A DNA stretch of 64,000 nt from Spirochaetia bacterium (GTDB taxonomy: Bacteria > Spirochaetota > Spirochaetia > CADAEX01). Each line of letters starts with the position of its first letter. Position 1 is the stretch's first letter. Location: assembly GCA_963662795.1 (NCBI GenBank), contig OY759746.1, forward strand, positions 2,560,001 to 2,624,000. Direction: 5' to 3'. This document shows positions 19,809-30,353 of the stretch, one piece after another. The translations under genes were made by a program, and so were the position numbers. The notes under the pieces are model-generated. The model searched no databases and was not told the DNA's origin. It worked only from the letters and a program-made list of their open reading frames with translations.

Positions 19809-20786
19809 ATGATGAAACAAATTAAAAGAATTGTTCTTTTATTTCTTTTCGCAGCTGCAGTCACAGGAATTCTATTTGCTGCAGGCAGCAGTGAAAAGAA
19901 TAGCAAAGGTACTATTGTTTTCGGCGATGTAAGCTGGGACAGCGTCAAGGTCCATAACAGGATCGCGGGATTTATAATACAGCACGGATACGGCTACACA
20001 CCGGAGTATACGCCGGGCGAGACAATAACCATTTACCAGGGAATGATGCAGGGTGATATCGATGTAAACATGGAATCATGGTCGGACAATGTACAGGAAG
20101 CATATGATAAAGGCGTTAAAGCCGGCAGTATAATTGATCTTGGTCCGAATTATCCGGACAGCGAACAGGGGTGGTATATCCCAACTTATATGATAAAGGG
20201 AGATACCAAGAGGGGCATTAAGGCTTCCGCACCAGATCTTACATCAGTAGAAATGCTGCCGAAATACTGGGAGCTTTTTAAGGATCCTGAAAATCCGTCA
20301 AAGGGAAGACTTTTTGTAGGCCCGCCGGGCTGGGGAGCTACCAAAGTCGGGCAGGAAAAAATGACAAAACTCGGTCTTGATAAAACCTACAATGCTTTTC
20401 TTCCCGGTTCGGACGCCGCCCTTTCAGGTTCAATGATCGCAGCCTACAAAAAGGGAGAGCCATGGGTCGGATATTACTGGGCCCCTACATGGGTTTTGGG
20501 TTCTCTTGATATGACAATGCTTAAAGGTTCTGAATGGCCTCCTGCAAAAGTCAATATACTTATAAATCCTTCAGTAAAAAAGAAGGCTCCCGAAATTGTT
20601 GAGTTTCTGACAAAATATGAAACCACTACACCTGAAAACAACGAATTTCTTGCAATAATGAAAGAAAAAGAATATTCAACAGATGATGCCGCTATGTGGT
20701 TCCTGAAAAACAAGGAAGACAAATGGTCAAAATGGGTATCCAAAGAAGTCCATGAAAAGGTAAAAAAAGCTTTGACTTCATTATAG
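19809..20786 (+). CDS. proX: Glycine betaine/proline ABC substrate-binding protein
   Basis: SWDS, ESW, GW and YYWAP aromatic-cage motifs; signal peptide. Confidence 0.9.
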   Translation: MMKQIKRIVLLFLFAAAVTGILFAAGSSEKNSKGTIVFGDVSWDSVKVHNRIAGFIIQHGYGYTPEYTPGETITIYQGMMQGDIDVNMESWSDNVQEAYDKGVKAGSIIDLGPNYPDSEQGWYIPTYMIKGDTKRGIKASAPDLTSVEMLPKYWELFKDPENPSKGRLFVGPPGWGATKVGQEKMTKLGLDKTYNAFLPGSDAALSGSMIAAYKKGEPWVGYYWAPTWVLGSLDMTMLKGSEWPPAKVNILINPSVKKKAPEIVEFLTKYETTTPENNEFLAIMKEKEYSTDDAAMWFLKNKEDKWSKWVSKEVHEKVKKALTSL

Positions 20787-20802
20787 AATAAGGAAAAATA
20801 AC

Positions 20803-22011
20803 ATGAGTGAAATGGACCATATAGTCTCCATTAAAAACCTCTGGAAGGTCTTTGGGCAGAAGCCCAAAGACCTTTCATGGGAACAGATGAAAACGACAAA
20901 AAATGATGACAAGCTTAAAAAAAGCGGATGCGTAGCTGCGCTTCGGGATGTTTCCCTGGATATTGAGAGAGGAGAGTTTTTCGTAATCATGGGCCTCTCC
21001 GGAAGCGGGAAATCAACGCTTATCAGAACACTTATACGGCTTATAGAACCAACTAAAGGCAGTATTACTGTTTCAGGAAGTGAAGTCAGAAAGCTTGACA
21101 AGAAAGCGCTGATGGAATTCAGACGGCATAAGGCTTCAATGGTTTTTCAGAATTATGCACTGCTTCCCCACAAGACGGTGCTTGATAACGCTGCATACGG
21201 ACTTAAAATTCAGGGCATGAAAGAGAAGGAGAGACTTGCAAAGGCACAAACCGCCCTCGAGACTGTCGGTCTTAAAGGCTGGGAGAGTTATTATCCCGGG
21301 AATTTAAGCGGAGGAATGCAGCAGAGGGTAGGTATAGCGCGGGCGCTCGCCACTGATCCTGAAATACTGCTTATGGATGAACCGTTCAGCGGCCTTGATC
21401 CCCTTATCAGGAGACAGATGCAGGATGAGCTGGTAGAGCTTCAGGATACAGTTAAAAAGACAATAATATTTGTCACACATGACCTTCATGAAGCCTTAAA
21501 GCTAGGAAGCAGGATAGCCATAATGAAAGGGGGCTCAGTAGTCCAGATAGGAACGCCGGAAGAGGTTGTTACAAACCCGGCGGATGATTATGTTAAAGAG
21601 TTTGTAAAGGATGCATCTCCTGCAAAGATTATTACTGCAGGGCTCATAATGGAAGATCCCGATGTTCTTCTTTACAGATGGGAAGGGCCTAAAACCGCCC
21701 GCCACCTTTTAAGAAGTTCAAAAAAGGAATCAGCGTTTGTTATTTCCAAAAAAAGGGAACTTCTTGGTGTTACTACAATAAATGCGCTTGACAAGGTTTT
21801 GAAGGAAGGGGGCAGCGAATTCGGCGACAGTATTGATACGGATGTTGCCCGGTGCACCATAGATACAACGCTTGAGGAACTATTTCCTGTCGCGACAAAC
21901 ACTTCCTATTCCGTAGCTGTTGTTGATGAAAAGGGGAGGTTTCTTGGAGAGATAAGGCCGAGAATGATTCTTGATGCCATGTATCAAAAGGAGGAGGGAG
22001 AAAATGTTTGA
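20803..22011 (+). CDS. proV: Glycine betaine ABC ATP-binding protein with CBS domains
   Basis: GLSGSGKS, LSGGMQQRVG, MDEPFSGLDPLIRRQMQDEL; C-terminal CBS pair. Confidence 0.95.
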   Translation: MSEMDHIVSIKNLWKVFGQKPKDLSWEQMKTTKNDDKLKKSGCVAALRDVSLDIERGEFFVIMGLSGSGKSTLIRTLIRLIEPTKGSITVSGSEVRKLDKKALMEFRRHKASMVFQNYALLPHKTVLDNAAYGLKIQGMKEKERLAKAQTALETVGLKGWESYYPGNLSGGMQQRVGIARALATDPEILLMDEPFSGLDPLIRRQMQDELVELQDTVKKTIIFVTHDLHEALKLGSRIAIMKGGSVVQIGTPEEVVTNPADDYVKEFVKDASPAKIITAGLIMEDPDVLLYRWEGPKTARHLLRSSKKESAFVISKKRELLGVTTINALDKVLKEGGSEFGDSIDTDVARCTIDTTLEELFPVATNTSYSVAVVDEKGRFLGEIRPRMILDAMYQKEEGENV

Positions 22012-22867
22012 ATTTCCTGAAATACTAAGTATACCGATGGCTAAATGGATTGATTATATCATGGAGGCAGTGCTTGAGAATTTCGGCGGTTTTTTTGATC
22101 TAATTGGGGAAATAAGTCTTGTAATGCTTATGTCGGTAGAAAGGGTTTTTCTGGCAATACCCTGGTTTGTCATAGTTATAGCTGTCGGACTTCTCGGGTG
22201 GAAGATATTATCCTCTGTCTGGAAAGGGATTTTATTCTCACTTTTACTCATGATAATCGGCAGTTTCGGTTACTGGGATCTTGCGATGATGACTTTGGCA
22301 ATTGTAATAACATCTGTTATTACAGCTCTTATTATTGGAATTCCTATAGGGATTATCATGGCCTGGAGCAGGACTGTTGAAACAATAATCAGACCGATTC
22401 TTGACGCTATGCAGACTCTTCCGAGTTTTGTATACCTTATTCCGGCTCTTATGCTGTTCGGCCTGGGAAAAGTCCCGGCAGCATTCGCGACCTTTATATA
22501 CGCTGTACCGCCTGTCATAAGGCTGACCTGTGTCGGTATAAGGGGAGTGCCGGAAGATGTAGTTGAGGCGGCGAAAGCGTTCGGTTCAAGCAGGTGGCAG
22601 ATTCTGTTCGATGTGCAGCTTCCGCTGGCCCGGCCTTCCATAATGGTCGGTATAAATCAGACAACAATGATGGCTCTTGCCATGGTTGTAGTAGGTTCAA
22701 TGATCGGCGCCAAAGGGCTTGGAATGGAGGTACTTCTCTCAATCAACAGAATTGAAGTGGGAAGAGGTTTTGAGGCCGGGGTCAGCATTGTACTTCTTGC
22801 GATTGTTATTGACAGACTTACAAACGCGCTTGCAAAAGACACACAGACTTCAGTAACAGGAACATAG
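22004..22867 (+). CDS. proW: Glycine betaine ABC permease
   Basis: LDAMQTLPSFVYLIP, EAA loop, GINQTTMMAL. ATG 22004 follows SD GGAG. Confidence 0.95.
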   Translation: MFEFPEILSIPMAKWIDYIMEAVLENFGGFFDLIGEISLVMLMSVERVFLAIPWFVIVIAVGLLGWKILSSVWKGILFSLLLMIIGSFGYWDLAMMTLAIVITSVITALIIGIPIGIIMAWSRTVETIIRPILDAMQTLPSFVYLIPALMLFGLGKVPAAFATFIYAVPPVIRLTCVGIRGVPEDVVEAAKAFGSSRWQILFDVQLPLARPSIMVGINQTTMMALAMVVVGSMIGAKGLGMEVLLSINRIEVGRGFEAGVSIVLLAIVIDRLTNALAKDTQTSVTGT

Positions 22868-22887
22868 GTCTGATTTACAATCCTGCC

Positions 22888-22930
22888 AGATCCGGAATTA
22901 GCCGCAATATGAGGGTAATTCCGGATTTTT
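22888..22930 (+). terminator. Intrinsic terminator after proW
   Basis: AGATCCGGAATTA/TAATTCCGGATTT stem followed by a T run. Confidence 0.7.
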
Positions 22931-23019
22931 GTATTTAATATCCTACCGGTATCATGGAATAAAACTCCTCTCCAATATATAATGCTCAATATATAATGTT
23001 CAATTCAGGAGAAAATACC

Positions 23020-24489
23020 ATGGCTTTGGCCGACTTGCAGGATTTTATAAAAAAGCTTGATGAAAAAGGGGAACTTGTCCGCATCAGGACATCTGTCTCT
23101 CCTGAACTTGAAATAACCGAGATCGCGGACCGGGTAATGAAAAAAAAAGGACCAGCTCTCCTCTTTGAAAATGTCAAAGGTTCTGATTATCCTCTTTTTA
23201 TAAACGGTTTCGGATCATCCGTACGGATGGCTATTGCGCTGGGGTTTTCCTCTCCTGATGATGTAGCCGCAGAGATCGGAGATATTATTGATCTTTCAGG
23301 ATATGCAACCCTCATTGATAAAATCAAGGCGGTACCGCGTCTTGCCCGTCTTGCCATGGCCTTCCCCGTTACAAAGGGCAGGGGAGCATGTCAGGAAATA
23401 GTTGAGGAGTGCGATTTATCATCACTTCCGGTACTGAAATGCTGGCCAGGCGACAGCGGCAGATTTATAACACTTCCGGTTGTAATTACCCGTGATCCTG
23501 AAACCGGCATGCAGAACATGGGTATGTACAGAATGCAGGTTCTTGATAATACAAGTACTGCAATGCACTGGCATCTGCACAAAGACGGCAGAAGAATCTA
23601 TGAAAAATATAAAAAAATCGGCGGAAAAATGCCGGTTTCTGTTGCCATAGGCTGTGATCCTGCTGTAATTTATGCAGCAACAGCGCCTCTTCCTGAATTT
23701 GTGGATGAGGCATTGTTTGCCGGTTTTATCAGAAAAGCGCCGCTGTCAATGGTAAAATCCCTGGAGAGTGATATCCTGGTTCCTGCCTCATCTGAATTTG
23801 TTCTTGAGGGATTTATTGATATTGATGAGGCACCTGTTCTTGAAGGACCGTTCGGGGACCATACAGGTTATTATTCCCTGGCTGATTACTATCCGGTTTT
23901 TCATATTACAAAGCTCACAAGGAAAAAACATCCTGTTTACCCGGCGACAATAGTCGGCAGACCTCCAATGGAAGACTGTTTTATCGGAAAAGCGACTGAG
24001 AGGATTTTTCTTCCGCTGCTGAGAATGCAGTGTCCTGAAATTATGGATATTGATTTCCCGCTCGAAGGGGTTTTTCATAACTGCGTAATTATTTCAATTG
24101 ACAAAAAATATCCCGGCCAGGCCTTTAAGGTAATGAATAATCTCTGGGGGCTTGGGCAGATGATGTATACAAAAATGATAGTAATTGTGGACAGAGATAT
24201 TTCTCCCCATGATTATTCTGCTGTTACATGGAAAGTCTTCAACAATATTGACTGGGGGAGGGATATAATTATTTCAAGGGGGCCGCTTGATGCGCTTGAC
24301 CACTCATCCCCGTATCCCCATTTCGGAAACAGGATAGGGATTGACGCCACAGTCAAACGGCCTGAGGAAGGGCATCCGAGACCGTGGCCTGATGAGATAA
24401 TAATGAATGATGAAATAAAGAATCTGGTTACTTCAAAATGGACAGAATACGGTCTCGATACTGACAGGGAATCACCGGAGAAAGGATAA
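23020..24489 (+). CDS. ubiD: UbiD-family decarboxylase, menaquinone (futalosine/MqnL, SCO4490) type
   Basis: EGPFGDHTGYY, GRPPMED, WGLGQMM, GPLDALDH. ATG 23020 follows SD AGGAG. Confidence 0.9.
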   Translation: MALADLQDFIKKLDEKGELVRIRTSVSPELEITEIADRVMKKKGPALLFENVKGSDYPLFINGFGSSVRMAIALGFSSPDDVAAEIGDIIDLSGYATLIDKIKAVPRLARLAMAFPVTKGRGACQEIVEECDLSSLPVLKCWPGDSGRFITLPVVITRDPETGMQNMGMYRMQVLDNTSTAMHWHLHKDGRRIYEKYKKIGGKMPVSVAIGCDPAVIYAATAPLPEFVDEALFAGFIRKAPLSMVKSLESDILVPASSEFVLEGFIDIDEAPVLEGPFGDHTGYYSLADYYPVFHITKLTRKKHPVYPATIVGRPPMEDCFIGKATERIFLPLLRMQCPEIMDIDFPLEGVFHNCVIISIDKKYPGQAFKVMNNLWGLGQMMYTKMIVIVDRDISPHDYSAVTWKVFNNIDWGRDIIISRGPLDALDHSSPYPHFGNRIGIDATVKRPEEGHPRPWPDEIIMNDEIKNLVTSKWTEYGLDTDRESPEKG

Positions 24490-25391
24490 TGAGAGATTCC
24501 ACTATCATGAACACTTTAAAGGGCAGCTTTAAAAAAATTACTGCTTACAGTTCTCTTGTTATGTTTTCACACTCGATATTCTCCGCGTCCTTCGCAGTAG
24601 CGGCGTCTTTTTTTGCTTCGCGCGGTATTCCCGGTTTAATTAATTTTATCTGGATTATGACTGCTTTTTTCGGGGCCAGGAATTTTGCGAATGCCGTAAA
24701 CCGTATTGTAGACAGAAAGATAGATGCGGAGAATCCCAGAACCTCATCGCGTCATATCCCTTCCGGTGAGATATCGGTCAGGGAAGCTTTATCTGTTTCT
24801 GTTTTTTTCTTTGCTGTTTTTATACTGGGAGCCGCAATGCTTCCTCCAATATGTCTTATCATGACTCCGCTGGCCGGTGCCCTTATGATTCTTTATTCCT
24901 ATACAAAGCGTTTTACATGGATGTGTCATTTTTTTCTGGGGGCAGCCTGTGCGTGCGCATCTGCCGGAGGTTGGCTTGGCGTAACAGGGGTTTTCCAATG
25001 GCAGATGTTTCCCCTTGTTTTTGCCAACGGCGCATGGGTCGCCGGATTTGACATAATTTATTCAATTCAGGATGAAAGCCATGACAGGAAAGTAAATCTT
25101 TATTCCATTCCTGCGAAGTTTGGCGTAAAAACAGCTTACTGGCTTGCAGTACTGCTTCATATATTCACGATTGTCATGCTGATTCTTGAAGGATTTATAA
25201 TGAAAAGCGGAATAATTTATTATTCAGGAATTGCCGTTATCGGCTTTCTGTTTGTTTTTCAGCATCTGCATACAATTATTACTTCTTTCAGCAGGGTCAA
25301 TTTTGCGGCCTATACGGTAAGCAGGATAGTTGGAATTGTATTGCTGATTGCAGTGATGGCTGATGCATATTCAGGATGGAGCGGGTTATGA
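24489..25391 (+). CDS. ubiA: UbiA-like prenyltransferase (MqnP type)
   Basis: NRIVDRKIDAENPRT, YSYTKRFT, FDIIYSIQD. Confidence 0.9.
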   Translation: MRDSTIMNTLKGSFKKITAYSSLVMFSHSIFSASFAVAASFFASRGIPGLINFIWIMTAFFGARNFANAVNRIVDRKIDAENPRTSSRHIPSGEISVREALSVSVFFFAVFILGAAMLPPICLIMTPLAGALMILYSYTKRFTWMCHFFLGAACACASAGGWLGVTGVFQWQMFPLVFANGAWVAGFDIIYSIQDESHDRKVNLYSIPAKFGVKTAYWLAVLLHIFTIVMLILEGFIMKSGIIYYSGIAVIGFLFVFQHLHTIITSFSRVNFAAYTVSRIVGIVLLIAVMADAYSGWSGL

Positions 25392-25987
25392 AAAGAATTA
25401 TTGTCGCAGTAACAGGGGCAAGCGGAAGCATATACGCGGTAAAGCTTATAGAAGCCCTTATTCAGTTTGATATTGATGTTCACCTGGTTTTCTCAGATAC
25501 TGCGAAAAAAGTTATGTTATATGAAATAAAAGAAAGCTTTTTGGATATGGCAGGGAAGCTTGATAAGCGCATCCGAAGCGATAATCTGCCAGGCCGGATA
25601 ATTTATCATGAAAACAGCGATATGTTCTCTTCCATTGCAAGCGGATCTTTCAGGACGGAGGGGATGATAATTATCCCCTGCACAATGGCCTGCGCCGGAA
25701 GAATCGCCTCCTGCAGCGGCAGTACTCTTATTGAAAGGACTGCTGATGTCTGCCTGAAAGAAAAGCGGGCGCTTGTTCTTGCTGTAAGAGAAACTCCTCT
25801 TAACCTCGTTCATCTTAAAAATCTCACCGCGCTCTGTGAAGCCGGTGCTGTTATTTATCCTGTAATGCCCTCTTTTTACAATAAGCCTGAAACTATAGAT
25901 GAACTTGCGGAAAACTTCTCTTCAAGAATTCTTGAATCATTCGGAATTTTAACGAAAAACTATAAGGAATGGAATGAAAATGAATAG
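25388..25987 (+). CDS. ubiX: Flavin prenyltransferase
   Basis: TGASG, IASGS, ADVCLKEKR, RETP, FY..P. Confidence 0.93.
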   Translation: MKRIIVAVTGASGSIYAVKLIEALIQFDIDVHLVFSDTAKKVMLYEIKESFLDMAGKLDKRIRSDNLPGRIIYHENSDMFSSIASGSFRTEGMIIIPCTMACAGRIASCSGSTLIERTADVCLKEKRALVLAVRETPLNLVHLKNLTALCEAGAVIYPVMPSFYNKPETIDELAENFSSRILESFGILTKNYKEWNENE

Positions 25988-26924
25988 CAATACAAAGGTG
26001 AAATATTTTTTTAAACTGATATCAATATTATATCTTTTATTATTGCCGCGAACGGCTTTTTCTGAAAACCGGCCGGATCTGATAATCGGCGTGCTTCCAG
26101 ATGTTGATTCAATTCCTGTCCTTCTTGCAGGGAAGGAAGGGTATTTTGAAAAAGCGGGTGTGAGTGTAAAAATTGAAAAATTCACAAGCCCTGTAAACCG
26201 TGACACCGCATTTCAAACCGGAAATATTGACGGCGCAGTATCAGACATCCTTGCCGCGCTTCTTGCAATTAATGGCGGATTTGATGTCGGGATTACCTCG
26301 CTTACAAACGGATCATACAAGCTTGTCGCATCAGGTAATTCAGGAATAAAAAAAATCAGTGACATAAAAGGAAAAAGTGTTGCAGTGTCTTTAAACACTG
26401 TTATCGAGTACTGCACAGACAGGTTGGCCGCATCTGCAGGGCTTGAATCAGGCAGTTACGGTAAAACCGTAATCCCCCAGATCCCGGTCCGCCTTGAAAT
26501 GCTTAAAGCCGGAAAAATCCCGGCTGCGACACTTCCTGAGCCTCTTGCCTCTGCCGCCGCATCCGGAGGATCAGGTGCTGTAATCATAGACAGTTCCGAC
26601 CGTCTCGGAATAAACCCCGGAGTGATGATCTTCTCCTCTGCCTCACTTTCCGGAAAGGCGGATGCTGTCAAAAACTTTTATAAAGCGTATAACATGGCAG
26701 TCCAATATCTTGCCGGTACCGCTCCCGGCTCCATGGATGATTTTCTTGTAAGGGAATGCGGATTTCCCGAAGCGGTAAGAGGTGTAATTACGCTTCCTGT
26801 TTATACGAAAGCGGCGCTACCTTCTGAAGAAGAATTCAGCAATGTAAGAGAATGGCTTGAAGATAAAAATCTGATTAAAAAAGGGATAAGCTACAGCAGA
26901 GCAGTACAGGTAATTGCAGACTGA
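25974..26924 (+). CDS. ABC substrate-binding protein (SsuA/THI5/NMT1-like)
   Basis: Signal peptide; GVLPDVDSIP...EGYF, LPEP; overlaps the ubiX stop. Confidence 0.85.
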   Translation: MKMNSNTKVKYFFKLISILYLLLLPRTAFSENRPDLIIGVLPDVDSIPVLLAGKEGYFEKAGVSVKIEKFTSPVNRDTAFQTGNIDGAVSDILAALLAINGGFDVGITSLTNGSYKLVASGNSGIKKISDIKGKSVAVSLNTVIEYCTDRLAASAGLESGSYGKTVIPQIPVRLEMLKAGKIPAATLPEPLASAAASGGSGAVIIDSSDRLGINPGVMIFSSASLSGKADAVKNFYKAYNMAVQYLAGTAPGSMDDFLVRECGFPEAVRGVITLPVYTKAALPSEEEFSNVREWLEDKNLIKKGISYSRAVQVIAD

Positions 26925-26938
26925 CTTTTATCCAAATA

Positions 26939-28507
26939 TCAGAACGATATAAATGAGACTGACTGGTCATCTGATTTAAAATAGGCAATATCCTGCTGCC
27001 TTCCGGAATTAATGCCGGACTGGGCCATGGCGAAATATTTTTTGTCCTTTTCAAGGTATTTATAGATATCTGACAGAAGGTATCTGCACTCAATAAAATT
27101 ATCACCTTTTTTCATTATGCCTGAAAACAATTGTGTTGACGTTCTGCTCTCACTTTCCCATTTGCTTGAAATTGCATACCAGGAACCGTTCTTAACCCCG
27201 CAGACGAAATTCATATTGCCGCCGGGAACAGTAATGAATACCTGATACCAGAGACCGTCTATGCTTTTAAGCTGATCCCGGCCGGTACCAATATGCATAT
27301 ATAAATATTGATCATCCATTGCCATCTGAACCAGAGATATGTCTCCCGCGGTCCCTGATAGAGAATCTCCTGCCTCATCATCAGCCAAAACAGGAATCGC
27401 GGTCCAGTCCCCGCATTTACCGTCAATAATTATATCTCCCGGCCGGACTAGAGGAATCCTTCCGGATTCCCTCATTTTTTCCTCAAGTATACTCTTTTTT
27501 TCAGACAGAACAGCTGCTGTCCCCGGCGGGAATGCGTAACTGTCAGGCGGTGTTTCCCTGAGATTCCCGCTAAGCAGTGAATCGTATGTTTTCCTGTTAA
27601 AAGCAGGCTTGTTTTCTGAAAAAGCTTTTTCAGCTGAAATCCTGTTTTCAAATAACTTTGGAAATATTGAATACTTTGTCTGAAGAATCCGGTAATCCTT
27701 TCCTGACCGGCCGGAAGCTGATAATCCCGCTTCTGACAGTCTGGTTTCAATTCTTCCCCTGTAATCGCTTTTATACCAGTTCTCCAGGACAAAGCGGTCT
27801 ATTTCTGAAAATTGCTCAACTTCAAAATCGGATATCGGCGGGGATGCGATAGTTATTCTTGTGGTTCTGTTCTCCCTGATCTCTACCATATCTTCAAAAA
27901 CCGGAATATATTCAAGAGCTCCTGCCTGAAGTACTTCAACCTTATATCTGCCGATTAAAATTTTCGGCAGCTGTGTAAAACTTGATCCTATAGGTTCTCC
28001 GTTAAGAAGTATCTGGTACATGCCGGTGTCTTCAAAATCAACTGACAATGTCCCGTATGCTATATGGACCCCGCTGAACGCCTCAAGAAGTGAGGCGGTT
28101 ATGCTGTCTGATGCGTCAAAAATATCAAGAACTGTTTCCGCGGTTTCCTCTTTTTCGAGAACTACCGTATTCTTAAGTTTATCGAAAACTAAAAGTTTTA
28201 TAACGCATGTGTATCCCTTTTTGACTGATGTTTCACCGAAAATAATAGTGTCAATATTATCTTCAACAGCAATAACGGAAGGGGAACGCCTGTCTTCCTG
28301 CGAAATGGGGATAGCATCATATTTGTCAATAATTTTCAGGGACAGCAATATTGTGTCCTGTATTACAGTACTTAAAGTATCGTACTGTTCATCCCCCATA
28401 TTATTGACAGGGACAGATACTGCTACGCGCGGTTTCGGGTTCTGGCTGTATAAATTCTGAAGCGCAAGGATAACAAATAATAAAAGAAACAGGATCCTTA
28501 TTTTCAT
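26939..28507 (-). CDS. Exported protein: TolB-N/CsgG-like N-domain, PEGA-like repeat, C-terminal DOMON/CBM9-like domain
   Basis: Signal peptide; IIIDGKCGDW...D..GD...DI.....DDQYLY resembles CBM9/DOMON. Domain calls are inferred by eye. Confidence 0.6.
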   Translation of the reverse strand: MKIRILFLLLFVILALQNLYSQNPKPRVAVSVPVNNMGDEQYDTLSTVIQDTILLSLKIIDKYDAIPISQEDRRSPSVIAVEDNIDTIIFGETSVKKGYTCVIKLLVFDKLKNTVVLEKEETAETVLDIFDASDSITASLLEAFSGVHIAYGTLSVDFEDTGMYQILLNGEPIGSSFTQLPKILIGRYKVEVLQAGALEYIPVFEDMVEIRENRTTRITIASPPISDFEVEQFSEIDRFVLENWYKSDYRGRIETRLSEAGLSASGRSGKDYRILQTKYSIFPKLFENRISAEKAFSENKPAFNRKTYDSLLSGNLRETPPDSYAFPPGTAAVLSEKKSILEEKMRESGRIPLVRPGDIIIDGKCGDWTAIPVLADDEAGDSLSGTAGDISLVQMAMDDQYLYMHIGTGRDQLKSIDGLWYQVFITVPGGNMNFVCGVKNGSWYAISSKWESESRTSTQLFSGIMKKGDNFIECRYLLSDIYKYLEKDKKYFAMAQSGINSGRQQDIAYFKSDDQSVSFISF

Positions 28508-28525
28508 TTTTATCTCCTGAGCTAT

Positions 28526-29479
28526 TTAAAAAACAGCGTTATATGCAAAAAAATCTTTTACCGCTTTTAGTTCCAGCAGTTCTGAAGGATTATCTACTGA
28601 GCCTGGTGCTGAGGTCACTGTAATTAAAAAATAACTTTCTCCGGGTTTGACTCTTAAATAAACACTTGCGGAAGTATCAAGGCTTAATTCCATGGCCTCT
28701 GCTTCAAGGAGCCTGTTGCCGATAAAAACCTGTTTTCCTGATACCTTAGCCGCATCTTTCGAAAACGATTTAAAAAGATCCCCGGTATCATCATCCTGGA
28801 TGCTTATGCTGAGCGGAAATTCGCCTGCGGTAATTGTAAATATACATCCGCCTTTTATATCGTTATGCCATATCCATTTGCCGTCCTGGCTGAAAATACT
28901 GAAATGCCTGTCAATTATTCTTTGCTGTGTAATCATTGGTGTGTCTTCAATTTTTACAGAAACAGCGTATGCAATGGGCAATAAATCCTCAACCGGTAAA
29001 TTTTTACTTGAAAGCCAGAGTCCTGTAACTGCAGATCCGGTAAGCTGCATGCAGTATACTTCGCTTTTTATGCCATCGGGAGGCTGTGTAATATAAACAT
29101 GTGATTCTGATTGATTTTCATCTTTTACAAGGACCCATTTCAGTTCCCTTAAAAGGACTTTGTTCTTAACCGGGTTATTGTTAAACAGTTCCGGAATACC
29201 GGGTTTTTCCGGGCTTATTTTACTTGAGCAGATTTCAATAATCCCTGTATTAATATTGTCCGGAGTATAAATACCTGCCCAGGTGCCCGGTTTTTCCTGA
29301 TATGAAAAAAGCCAGCCTTCAGGAATTGTAATTGAAAGACCGTTCCTGACCAGTCTGTTAACCGCGCCGATTTGCGGCGGTTCAGGAACTGAAGACTTTC
29401 CTGCGCCGGGGCCGCTCAGACACCCAGTAATTATAAAGAACGAAGCTAAAAGAGGGAAGAACCGGTATAATTTATACAT
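28526..29479 (-). CDS. Hypothetical lipoprotein
   Basis: Lipobox ITGC; GLSITIPEGW; SD GAGGA. Confidence 0.7.
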   Translation of the reverse strand: MYKLYRFFPLLASFFIITGCLSGPGAGKSSVPEPPQIGAVNRLVRNGLSITIPEGWLFSYQEKPGTWAGIYTPDNINTGIIEICSSKISPEKPGIPELFNNNPVKNKVLLRELKWVLVKDENQSESHVYITQPPDGIKSEVYCMQLTGSAVTGLWLSSKNLPVEDLLPIAYAVSVKIEDTPMITQQRIIDRHFSIFSQDGKWIWHNDIKGGCIFTITAGEFPLSISIQDDDTGDLFKSFSKDAAKVSGKQVFIGNRLLEAEAMELSLDTSASVYLRVKPGESYFLITVTSAPGSVDNPSELLELKAVKDFFAYNAVF

Positions 29480-29585
29480 AATTCTGATTATCCTCAGATT
29501 TAAATTATATCACGATGTAATTTTAATCAGCAAATGAAATTTTAAACAATAAAAATTTGTCAGCGGCTGACTTACCTTTTCCCTG

Positions 29586-30353
29586 TTACCTGTTTTCGTT
29601 GTTGTTGCCTGTTATCCAGGGACAGAAGTATTTTTCAGCAGCGTCAAGCGAATAAAAAAAAGCAAGCCCGAGAAGAGAAATGCACAGGATGCCTGCCGCC
29701 ATATCCTTATATGCTACCCTTATCCATGAATCCATGATAAAAAACCCGAGCCCCTTGTCTGTGCCGAAAGTTTCGGCGAAAAAGAGTACACTAAGTGATG
29801 TTGCCGCGGATATCCGCACAGAAGAGATGAAGCGGGGAAGCGTGTGGGGCCAGATTACGTAGCGGAAGGCATGGAAGAATCTCCCGCCCAGAATGGAAAT
29901 TGATGTGAAGTATTCTTTTTCAATGTTTTTTACGCTGTCGCGTACGGATAAAAGCACCTGGAAGAATATTACCGAGAAAACAATCAGGATCCTTGATAGT
30001 TCTCCAAGCCCGAAAATGAGAAGAAACAGGGGAAGGAGAGCTATCTTTGGCACAGGATACAGAAGATATGACAGGGGTGAAATAATAAAATCACCTTTCC
30101 GGCTCAGACCTGAAACAACTCCGGCCGGGTATGCAAGGATTGAGGCGAGCAAAACAGGAATAATGGTTCTCAGAAAGCTTGCCGCCGTGTGCCTTAAAAG
30201 AACAGAGGGAAAGATCTCAATAAGTCTTATTATTACGGTGGCAGGGGATGGAAGAAAAAGGCCGGCTCCGGTCATTGAGATTATCTGCCAGATAAAGACA
30301 ATTATAAGCGAAGCGGTTAAAAACTTTGAGGAATTACGGTAAAACTCTCTCAC
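29586..30353 (-). CDS. ABC permease (SsuC/NitT type)
   Basis: LPSP, YPVPKIALLP, AE.F..DKGLG. Confidence 0.9.
   Translation of the reverse strand: MREFYRNSSKFLTASLIIVFIWQIISMTGAGLFLPSPATVIIRLIEIFPSVLLRHTAASFLRTIIPVLLASILAYPAGVVSGLSRKGDFIISPLSYLLYPVPKIALLPLFLLIFGLGELSRILIVFSVIFFQVLLSVRDSVKNIEKEYFTSISILGGRFFHAFRYVIWPHTLPRFISSVRISAATSLSVLFFAETFGTDKGLGFFIMDSWIRVAYKDMAAGILCISLLGLAFFYSLDAAEKYFCPWITGNNNENR

Noticed and set aside
18314-26924. Listeria-type flavin-based extracellular electron transfer locus (apbE + prenyltransferase)
   Set aside because: No Ndh2, FMN-binding lipoprotein or flavinylation-motif target seen; apbE and ubiA are separated by proXVW and a terminator.
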